NCBI GenBank assembly: GCA_045541255.1
Contig: JAZQIU010000022.1
Coordinates: 4,264-68,263, forward strand
Direction of reading: 5' to 3'
From: Bacilli bacterium
GTDB taxonomy: Bacteria > Bacillota_I > Bacilli_A > RF39 > UBA660
Length of the DNA: 64,000 bases
Below are positions 27,259 to 35,800 of this stretch, in pieces. The notes below the pieces were generated by a model. That model was not told the origin of the DNA. It did no database searches and saw nothing but the letters and a program-made list of their open reading frames with translations. The position numbers and the translations under genes were made by a program. The stretch's first letter is position 1. Every line of letters starts with the position of its first letter.

Positions 27259-27627
27259 TTATTCGTTTATTTTATCAATTTCTTTAGCAGTTTCTTTTGG
27301 AAGATAAAGTGCTAACTTATACAATTTCCAACTAATTATTTCTGATTTTTCTAGTATAGATTTGTAAGTAGGATATTTTTTATTTCCTTTTTCTTTTATT
27401 AATTCTTCAATATATAGTTCTATATCATAATCTTTACAATATTTTATTAATGCTATCAATGTATTTAAAACCACATCTGCCAATTCTAATTCAAAGCAAA
27501 ATTTACTTTTATATCCTATATCTATACTTAACAACCATAATTTTTCTTCTAATTCTTCAACTTGCCATCCACAATTTAAAATAATTGTCTTTAAATTTTC
27601 ATTTGTTAAATTTTGATGCGTTTTCAC
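27259..27627 (-). CDS. hypothetical protein; weak MazG-like all-alpha NTP pyrophosphohydrolase resemblance
   Basis: GTG start 6 nt after AAGGGAGGAAG. The pair VEELEEKL ... ELELADVVLNTLIAL is reminiscent of the EExxE...ExxD metal-binding pair of MazG-type enzymes (by eye only). Confidence 0.5.
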   Translation of the reverse strand: MKTHQNLTNENLKTIILNCGWQVEELEEKLWLLSIDIGYKSKFCFELELADVVLNTLIALIKYCKDYDIELYIEELIKEKGNKKYPTYKSILEKSEIISWKLYKLALYLPKETAKEIDKINE

Positions 27628-27739
27628 GATATTCTTCCTCCCTTGAACATCTTCCTGAAACTACACAACATGAATAAAAAAACACCAACAACAAAATAAG
27701 GAAGATAATCCCTATAATTAATAAAATTGTCTTAAACAT
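27599..27739 (-). CDS. small (46 aa) single-pass membrane protein, not in ORF track
   Basis: Own translation: MFKTILLIIGIIFLILLLVFFYSCCVVSGRCSREEEYRENASKFNK. The ATG lies 5 nt after AAGAGGAGAAA. The 3' end overlaps the next gene's GTG start and contains its RBS. Confidence 0.5.
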   Translation of the reverse strand: MFKTILLIIGIIFLILLLVFFYSCCVVSGRCSREEEYRENASKFNK

Positions 27740-27751
27740 ATTTTTCTCCTC

Positions 27752-28033
27752 TTAAAACATATCATCTACTATATCTTTTTCAATATTAGTAAGCGTCTTT
27801 TTCTTATCTGCTTCTCTATACCACAGTTTCATTTTTTCACCATTATCTTTGTTATATGCTAACCAATAAATATCTGCTTCAATATTAGGAGTTACCTTAC
27901 CTTGAATTATTAAATTGAAATTACGATTTTTCATATAATTTATTACTTCTTGTTGAAAGTTTTTTCTTTTATTTGTATCTATTACAGTAAAAGTTTCATT
28001 TGTATCATAGTTATATATTTCAATCTTTTTCAT
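27752..28033 (-). CDS. hypothetical protein
   Basis: 93-aa ORF tightly packed with its neighbours. Ends DIVDDMF. Confidence 0.5.
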   Translation of the reverse strand: MKKIEIYNYDTNETFTVIDTNKRKNFQQEVINYMKNRNFNLIIQGKVTPNIEADIYWLAYNKDNGEKMKLWYREADKKKTLTNIEKDIVDDMF

Positions 28034-28037
28034 TTTA

Positions 28038-28424
28038 TTATCTATCCAATTCCAAATCTAAATCTTGTTCTTTTTCTAAACAAGGTTTTAAGATTTCTTC
28101 TAATTTTTTACAAAGTTCAGATTGATTTTTAAATCTAAATCGTTCATAACTTTTGCTATATTCATTACTTTTGCAATCTAAATCTAATTGAGCTGTTGCT
28201 ATTTCTAAATCCTTAAACGACTCTGTTATCCACATTCTTTTGTTAAGGATTTTACTTTCAACAATTATCCATAATGGTTGATTTTTCTCTACATAATCCT
28301 GATTAGTACGCATCCAATTAGAACGATCATTAATACGCTCTAAATCAGCATTAAATAATAATTTATATATTTCTCTATATTTTTTATGATAAATAGGATT
28401 TAATAGACTTTCTGTTCTTCTCAT
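28038..28424 (-). CDS. hypothetical protein
   Basis: 128-aa ORF with its RBS embedded in the upstream gene's end (GGAGATAGATAAATATG). Confidence 0.5.
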   Translation of the reverse strand: MRRTESLLNPIYHKKYREIYKLLFNADLERINDRSNWMRTNQDYVEKNQPLWIIVESKILNKRMWITESFKDLEIATAQLDLDCKSNEYSKSYERFRFKNQSELCKKLEEILKPCLEKEQDLDLELDR

Positions 28425-28426
28425 AT

Positions 28427-29194
28427 TTATCTATCTCCAAGTTCGATTTCATCATTACTCTTATCTTCTCTATTAAATTGTAGAAAATAATCTTTTTCAT
28501 AATAACAACCTGATTTATTACTACATATAACTTCGATATTTGAAAGTTTATCTTTCGTTCCTAAATCCAAATCGGAAAAATTTTCTTTTTTTATTGTTCT
28601 ATCATTTAAAATTAATGTATCCCATTTGAAAACATCTTTTAATTTTTGAAAATTATATAAATCTTCTTTTTTTATAGGCGTACCTATATCAAAGTCTTTA
28701 TAACTACGAAATATTTTTACTTCAATATCATCTGAACCATGTTCTTTTATAAACTCATCAATTTCTTTCTTTATTGATAATTTTATAAGTTCATCATCGA
28801 CATTACGATTAGTTGGTGGTAATTTTATTGTTTTTCTAAAATATGGATTTAAGATAACAGCCATAGTATTATCATTATAATAAAAATTTTTTCTATATTC
28901 TTTTTCCATTTCTTGTAGTTCTAACAAATCACTCATTAACAAATCTATATCGTAATTAATACTTATACGATTAGAAGTTAAAACTTTATCTTTATATAGT
29001 TGTTTTACTACTTTATAAAGTTTTATATCTGAATATTTTCCTTCTAATTCATATCTGTCTTCGCCACCATTTCCGTCTTGCGACCAAAAACCTATTTTTT
29101 CATCACCTAAATATAAATCACCTTGTGTCGCATAACCTTCACGACCTAACCAAGTTGTAGTATTTTTTATATTTAATCCGTTTATACTAGCCAA
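28427..29194 (-). CDS. hypothetical protein
   Basis: 255-aa ORF with a TTG start 8 nt after AAAGGAGAG. It is the first gene after the terminator-like hairpin. Confidence 0.5.
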   Translation of the reverse strand: MASINGLNIKNTTTWLGREGYATQGDLYLGDEKIGFWSQDGNGGEDRYELEGKYSDIKLYKVVKQLYKDKVLTSNRISINYDIDLLMSDLLELQEMEKEYRKNFYYNDNTMAVILNPYFRKTIKLPPTNRNVDDELIKLSIKKEIDEFIKEHGSDDIEVKIFRSYKDFDIGTPIKKEDLYNFQKLKDVFKWDTLILNDRTIKKENFSDLDLGTKDKLSNIEVICSNKSGCYYEKDYFLQFNREDKSNDEIELGDR

Positions 29195-29214
29195 TTAATC
29201 ACTCTCCTTTAATA

Positions 29215-29243
29215 ACAATAAAAGAGGAACAAAAATGTTCCCC
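29215..29243 (-). terminator. terminator-like hairpin after the surface-protein genes
   Basis: The minus strand reads GGGGAACA-TTTT-TGTTCCTC followed by TTTTATTGTT. The stem overlaps the TAG stop of the 1182-aa gene. Confidence 0.45.
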
Positions 29244-32200
29244 TAATATTGACTTGTGAATTTTTTAGTTCCTAAACTACGAGTCCAAGTATCACCTATT
29301 CCATTTGTACATGATACAGATACCCAATATAAATATGGGAAATTATAATTAGTATAATTAGTATGATTTGCAATATATTCTCTTTGAATATCTGCTTGAG
29401 CTCTAGTTAATGTATAATCAGTTACTACCCAATAAAATCCAGGGGCAGATGGTGCTTCTTCTATTCTTCCAGTCCATCCTGCTGATTTGAACACATTTAA
29501 TAATCCTTCCGCATTTCCATAAGGACCATGCCCTGTCATAAGCATACAATAAGATTCAGTAATATTAGCATACAAATTAACTGTATTTGTAGGCATTTTA
29601 TCTACCCATCCATCCCAAGAATTAAACTTGTGATAAATGTCTAAAGCACTTTGAGCATCTAAATTTTCTGGTGTTGTATTATAAGCAACTTGTCTAGTAG
29701 CCCATAATGAACCTTCTACATAATAATTAACTGTGTAATAGTTTACATTCCAATTAGCTTTATAGTTTCTATTTCCGATTGAACCTTTATTAACAGACAC
29801 ATTTTTAGATGCAGAACTTACATCAGTTCCAGTCCATCCTGCGAAAGTATATCCTGTCTTAGTTGGTGTTGGTAATGTAAATGTATTTGTTTCAACATTA
29901 TATTTTTGTACTAAAGATGAAACACTTCCACCATCTAAATCATAAGTAATTGTGTAATCAATAACTTTCCAATTTGCTGTGTAATTACGATCACCAATAT
30001 TACCTTTATTAACTGATACAGATTTTGTTAAACCATTTAATCCAGTTCCACTCCAGCCTTCAAATGTATATCCTGTTCTTGTAGGAGTTGGTAATGTAAA
30101 TGTATTTGATTCAATATTGTAAGATACAATTAATGAACTAGCAGTTCCTCCGTTTAAATTATAAGTAATTTTATATTCTTGTACTTTCCAATTCGCTGTA
30201 TAGTTTCTCTCACCAATACTTCCTTTTTCTATTGTTAAATTAATTTGAGGCACACTTCCATTAGAACCAGTCCATCCTGTAAAAATATAACCTGTTTTGA
30301 TTGGAGTTTCTAAAGTAAATGTTTCAGTTTCAACATTATATTTAGAAGGTAAATTTGCTGTTCCGCCATTTAAGTTATATTCTAATTTATAATCAATCAC
30401 TTTCCATTTAGCAATTAACTCATGATTAGAATTAATTTTTAACGAAGTGTCTTCATTAATTAAAGTATCATTATAATACCAACCTTCAAATGTATATCCT
30501 GTTCTTGTTGGTGTCGGTAATATTCCATATTCACTATCAAATGGTACATATACATTACTTATTAATACATTTCCGCCATTAGGATTTAAAGTAATATTAT
30601 AACTATTTGCTTGCCAATTAGCTTTATATGTTCTATTACCTGTACTACCTTTTTGAATTGTAACATCTAAAGTCTTTCTTATACCATTAGAACCAGTCCA
30701 TCCAATAAAAGTATATCCTTCTCTTGTAGGATGCTCTAATACAAAAGTTTCTGTATCTACATAATATTCAATTACTTTTGTATCATTTTCCTTACCTCTA
30801 TTAAAATCAAATGTAATAGTATATTTATCTTTGGTAAAATTTGCAACATAATTAACATTATCCTTTATTGTTGTAATTTCTGGAGTCCATCCTGTAAAAG
30901 TATGACCTTCCCATAATGAAGTTTTTGGTATTGTAGGTTTCTTTCCATATTCTACTGTTTGTTCTGATAATAGAATATCAAACATATCATAAAATTTAAC
31001 AGTAAATTTCTTTGTTTCCCATTGAGCATATAAAATTACTTCATCATTCAATACATTAGATAAATTCTTTATTTGCCCTCCATCTTTATATAAGACATCA
31101 CCATCTTTTGTTAAAGACCAACCAATAAAGTTTTTACCTTCATAAGTAAACATATTTTTAGTTAAAGTTCCTTCTTTATCATAAATATATTTACTATCTT
31201 CCATAGTTCCAATTCCACCGTTTGCATCATATTTAACATTATATGAATTTGGACTATAATTAGCTACTAAATTAATATCTCCAATCGTACCTTTTTCAAT
31301 AGTATATTCTTTTATTAGACCGCCCGAGTTATTTATTTTCCATCCAATAAAAGTATATCCTTCTTTTTTAGGTGTTCCAATTGTAAATGTTTTAGATTCA
31401 ATATTATAACTTTCAATTAAATTATTTAATTTACCACCATTTAATTCATAAGTGATTTTATAATCATTAATCTTCCAATTTGCATAAATATTAACATCTG
31501 ATGCTTTATCTAATATGTTATTTTCATTTACAACATTACCATCTTTATCTTTCCATTCTACAAAAGTATATCCTTTTTTTTCAGGAATAACTAATTCTCC
31601 ATAATTAGATAAAAATTCAACTTCTTTTGAATTATAATTGTTTTCTGAATCAGCATTATATTTTATAAAATAATTATTAGGTTTATAATGTGCTGTCAAT
31701 TTTATATCTCCAGTTGTACCTTGTTCTATTTTATATTTTTTTACCAATTCTTCGTCATTTGAATTTGACCAGCCTTCAAATGTATATCCTTCTTTAGTGG
31801 GTTCATCTATTTCAAAAGTTTCACTTTCAACATTATATGTTTCAAATTTGTTTTCTAACAATCCACCATTCAATTCAAATGATATATTATAATTACTTAT
31901 TTTGTAAGTCGCTTTATAAGTTATATCTTCACTAACTTTTTCTAATTCATTATCCCATTTATCAAAAACATAACCTGTTCTTGTAGGTTCAGGAATATTC
32001 TCTATAACACTATCATAAGTTAATGTTTGCTCTGATAAAACTGTTTCATCATAATCAACAAATGAAACCTTATATTCATTTACTTTCCATTTAGCATACA
32101 AAGTAATCTCATTATTTGAAAGATTTGTTTCATCAAAAACACTTTTACTATCATAAAATAAATCACCATCTTTTGTTAAAGACCATCCTTCAAAAGTATG

Positions 32201-32791
32201 ACCATCTTTAGAAAATGTTTTTTCTGTTACTAAACATTCTTTTCCTTTAATACAAGTAATCGCATCTACTTTACCATATCCACCATTAGCATCATATTTA
32301 ACTAAATATTTTTCTACTTTCGGTTTTTGAGTATTTGGTTTGGATGGTTTGGTATTAACCTCTTGCTTTGGTTCTTCCTTTTCCTCTATCGGTGGTTCAG
32401 GAATTTGTTCCTCACCAATTGGTGTATTATCAATCACTGGTATTTTGTCTTCTTTAGGATTTATAAAAAAGAACATTAATAATAGCAAAAGAAGTAAAAA
32501 CAAGAAAAGAAGCAAAAAAGGAATACGACTTTTCAAAATAATAAAATCATTATTATCAACTGAAATGTATCCCTTTTTCCATCCAAAATATTTTTCTTTA
32601 TATCTATATTGTTCTTCATTATAACTTAAAATACCATACTTATCTGAATTAGTATTTTCATCATATTCTTTTAGAACTGTTGCTCCGACTAAATTACTAT
32701 TTTCAATTTTCTTAAATTCTCTTTTAGTAATATAAGGAACATCTTTTTTATATTTAGAATTCTCTTGTTCAATTACTAAATATTTTTTCAT
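29243..32791 (-). CDS. type II-anchored surface protein with ~12-13 Listeria-Bacteroides (Flg_new/InlB-B-type) repeats and a possible SPOR-like C-terminal domain
   Basis: There is no signal peptide. A single poly-Leu TM (PFLLLFLFLLLLLLLMFFFI) lies at aa ~91-109. The repeated signature (K/R)-x-G-Y-T-F-x-G-W...Y-x-A-x-W occurs about every 70-75 aa. The last 105 aa (GHGPYGNAEGLLNVFKSAGWTGRIEEAPSAPGFYWVVTDYTLTRAQAD) look SPOR-like by eye. Confidence 0.8.
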   Translation of the reverse strand: MKKYLVIEQENSKYKKDVPYITKREFKKIENSNLVGATVLKEYDENTNSDKYGILSYNEEQYRYKEKYFGWKKGYISVDNNDFIILKSRIPFLLLFLFLLLLLLLMFFFINPKEDKIPVIDNTPIGEEQIPEPPIEEKEEPKQEVNTKPSKPNTQKPKVEKYLVKYDANGGYGKVDAITCIKGKECLVTEKTFSKDGHTFEGWSLTKDGDLFYDSKSVFDETNLSNNEITLYAKWKVNEYKVSFVDYDETVLSEQTLTYDSVIENIPEPTRTGYVFDKWDNELEKVSEDITYKATYKISNYNISFELNGGLLENKFETYNVESETFEIDEPTKEGYTFEGWSNSNDEELVKKYKIEQGTTGDIKLTAHYKPNNYFIKYNADSENNYNSKEVEFLSNYGELVIPEKKGYTFVEWKDKDGNVVNENNILDKASDVNIYANWKINDYKITYELNGGKLNNLIESYNIESKTFTIGTPKKEGYTFIGWKINNSGGLIKEYTIEKGTIGDINLVANYSPNSYNVKYDANGGIGTMEDSKYIYDKEGTLTKNMFTYEGKNFIGWSLTKDGDVLYKDGGQIKNLSNVLNDEVILYAQWETKKFTVKFYDMFDILLSEQTVEYGKKPTIPKTSLWEGHTFTGWTPEITTIKDNVNYVANFTKDKYTITFDFNRGKENDTKVIEYYVDTETFVLEHPTREGYTFIGWTGSNGIRKTLDVTIQKGSTGNRTYKANWQANSYNITLNPNGGNVLISNVYVPFDSEYGILPTPTRTGYTFEGWYYNDTLINEDTSLKINSNHELIAKWKVIDYKLEYNLNGGTANLPSKYNVETETFTLETPIKTGYIFTGWTGSNGSVPQINLTIEKGSIGERNYTANWKVQEYKITYNLNGGTASSLIVSYNIESNTFTLPTPTRTGYTFEGWSGTGLNGLTKSVSVNKGNIGDRNYTANWKVIDYTITYDLDGGSVSSLVQKYNVETNTFTLPTPTKTGYTFAGWTGTDVSSASKNVSVNKGSIGNRNYKANWNVNYYTVNYYVEGSLWATRQVAYNTTPENLDAQSALDIYHKFNSWDGWVDKMPTNTVNLYANITESYCMLMTGHGPYGNAEGLLNVFKSAGWTGRIEEAPSAPGFYWVVTDYTLTRAQADIQREYIANHTNYTNYNFPYLYWVSVSCTNGIGDTWTRSLGTKKFTSQY
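29561..32311 (-). repeat. tandem coding repeats (~210-225 nt units) of the Listeria-Bacteroides repeat protein
   Basis: Recurrent nucleotide blocks such as ccagtccatcctg...gtatatcctgt(t/c)ct(t/a)gt(t/a)gg(a/t)gttggtaatgtaaatgtattt recur at ~220-nt spacing (e.g. around 29830, 30050, 30265). Confidence 0.7.
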
Positions 32792-32800
32792 TTGTTCCTC

Positions 32801-35800
32801 CTATCTTTTATTCTTTTTCTTTTTACAAAGCAATATAGTTCCAACTAATAATCCAACAATAGATAAAGATCCGACTATAATATATACATTAGCATCTACA
32901 TCATAAGCAGTTTGAATAACTGGTAATAGATAGTTTTGATATACAATGCTGTAAGTAAGTTCTTCATCAGTTTCTACTAATTCATCATTAACATATAAAC
33001 CTTCACTATTTAAAACTACTTTTACAACTTCATCAGAAAGTGAATAGCCTAATGGTGCGGATGCCTCTTTTACAAACCAAGTGCCAAATTTAATATCAAT
33101 TAAAGCAGTTCCTGTTTCTTGATCTGCATAGAAAGTATCTACAACATTTTCACATTCAGCGTCAGTACATAAATTAAATGAGAAATCCTTACTAATAATG
33201 TTTTCCATTGATAAACTATCTACTTTATTAACTAAAATATAATTTTTAATTGCTTCATTATAAATTGTATTAGATGTTTCTACTTTTTCTTTGTTTTGTC
33301 CTTGATATTTTGTATTTATAGAAATAATATCTTCACTACCATAATATCCTTCTAAACTTTCTATTTCTTTTACTTCAAAATAAGTTTCATCATCAAATGA
33401 TAGAGGTAAATCAGCATTGAATATTACTTTACCATCTTTATCACTTATAGCTGTTTCAATTAAAGTACCAGCCTCGATTAATACATTTCTATTAACAGAT
33501 CTAGGCATTGGTTCTCTATACTGTCTTAATATATCTTTTGTGGCATATAAACCAAAAACAACACCTTCTAATGGTGTTTCATCGTCTTTATCTAATTTAG
33601 TAATATCCAATTCAACTTTTTGTCTTTCGTTTGTAATTGATAATGTTTCAATAATAACTTCTGTTTCATTATCTTTAAATGTTAAATCAATATCATATTT
33701 ATTTTTATCTAAAATCATTCCATTAGGAGCTGAGGTTTCGTACACGGTGTAAGAGCCTAGTGGCAATTCAGAAGAGAAATTTTCACAACTATAATCTTGA
33801 GTTGTAATTGTATCAACGACAGTTCCTTTTGCAAATAAAATTGAACCATCAGCAGGATCAATTATATCTTCTCTAGCTTCTATTTCAACTGTCATACCTC
33901 CAAGACATACTTTGTTATAATCAAAAGTATAACTTCCATCTTCATTTTGAGTTACACCAGTTAATACTTCACCTTGTTTCTCAACATTGATAATTCCTTT
34001 TACTGGTTCATCATACATTACAACAGTAGTAATAGCATCTCCGTCAGGATCAGTTTCTATGATGTTAGAATTAGTTACTTTAAATTCTACACCTTCATTA
34101 TTCATTAAATATAAATTTGGCGATTTGATTTCAATTAACTTATATGAACCTGCTTTTACTTCTAAAGGAAGAACAAATTCTCCAGATTCATTAGTAGTCC
34201 ATTCCTCTAATGTTTTATCACCAACTTTTTGTTTTAATGTTTCATTTGTACTTAAATCTAAAATTTTAAATGTTGTATTTGACAATGTTATTGTATTATC
34301 AGTTTCAGCATCTTTCTTCACTAATCTAACATAAGACATAAATATCTTATTATTAACAATATATTTTATTGTATCTTGATTTTCTCTTGAAACAGTAAAT
34401 GTCCATTCATCCTTTACCATTTCTAAATCCATTTGTCCTTTGACTTGTTTAATAACAAAATTTCCGTAAGCAAGGTCTTTAGATTTTGCATATCCATTTT
34501 TATTAGTAGTTAAATAATCATACTCTTTATTTGTAAATTCAGTTCTGTGTTCCCATGCTTTTTCGATAGTACCATATTTATCTACATATTTTTTTGCTAC
34601 TACCATAAATTCAGCACCTTGTTCTTTTTCAACTACACCACTGTCTTCATCTCCACTTGTAATTACTTTTTCAATTTCAAAATTACCAGTAATTACTTTT
34701 TCTGATACAGTTGTTTTTGCGGTTACTGTTTTTACTGATTGTCCTTCATATTCTAAATTTATTGGATAGGTATTTGTATCTAGTTTGTATCCTTCTCCTG
34801 CTGTTATTTCTTTCCAAATGTAAGAACCTAGATATAAATCTTCAACTAATCCTTCACCATTTTCAATTCTAACTCTTGCAACTTCTTCTCCTGCTTTATA
34901 AATAATTGAAGCATCCGCTGGATCTAAAATTGTTTCATTAGCATACAATCCATAAATTGCTCCATCCAAACTTGCTTCATTTTGAGCAACAGTTGAATCA
35001 TAATCAATCTTTTGAATTTTAGCACTACCAGTTACTCTTTCATTTTTTAAATTTAAGGTAATACTTCCACTACCAGTTAATGAATCACTAACAGTCTTGT
35101 TATTATCATCTAACCAATATTTTGTTTTTGTTTGAGTTTCTACTACACTATATCTATGAGTTTGTGATGCTAGTGCATTTGCATTTCGTTGTGCTTCTGC
35201 ATCAGCTGAAGCCTGTGCATCTAACTTATATTTATATGCACCTTTATCTATTACTTCTTGTTTTCCTTCGTCATCAAGTTCATCATAATTTGTACAATAT
35301 TCTTTTTCTTCTGATGTTGAAGTAAATGTTGTTGTTGATGTTGCTTTTGCATAACCATCTTCTCCTGTTGTTCCTGTCGCAAATTTTACACCATCTCTAT
35401 AAAAATCAACTGTTACTCCTGATAAAGGTTTACCAGTTTCATTATCTATTTTATGAAAAGCAACTTCTACTTTTTCATCAGCAGATTTTTCTGATGATAA
35501 CTTATCATATTCAGGTTCAACTTGTGTCAATCTAAATACTGAAATATAATCATTACCATTTACCCATGATGGAGCTGCCAAAAGCATAATACCACTATTA
35601 TTATTTGTATTACTCATAGCAGTAGCGTTTGTATTAAAATTTACATCTGTTGCATATACAGAATCATAAATTCCCCTTGTTCCTGCACCATAACTAGCAA
35701 TAGTATTTCCGTAAATGTGCATAAAGGATACATGACCATTACCATCTGGATTTGCCTTATCTTGAATTCTTTCTATAATAAGATCTCCATTTTTAAATAG

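Noticed and set aside
32801-32950. A canonical LPXTG sortase signal at the C-terminus of the 1133-aa adhesin.
   Set aside because: A hydrophobic segment and a basic tail are present, but the preceding sequence reads LLPVIQTAYD. No LPXTG or close variant is present, so I did not annotate a sortase substrate.
1742-35535. Plus-strand ORFs of 60-115 aa inside the conjugative element (e.g. 1742-1951, 4214-4501, 15904-16104, 16198-16437, 19765-20028, 22887-23156, 33417-33752, 33987-34334, 35122-35535).
   Set aside because: All lie antisense to long, well-supported minus-strand genes. Their products are F/L/S/I-rich low-complexity mirror images of K/E/N-rich coding sequence. They lack convincing SD sequences and resemble no known family.
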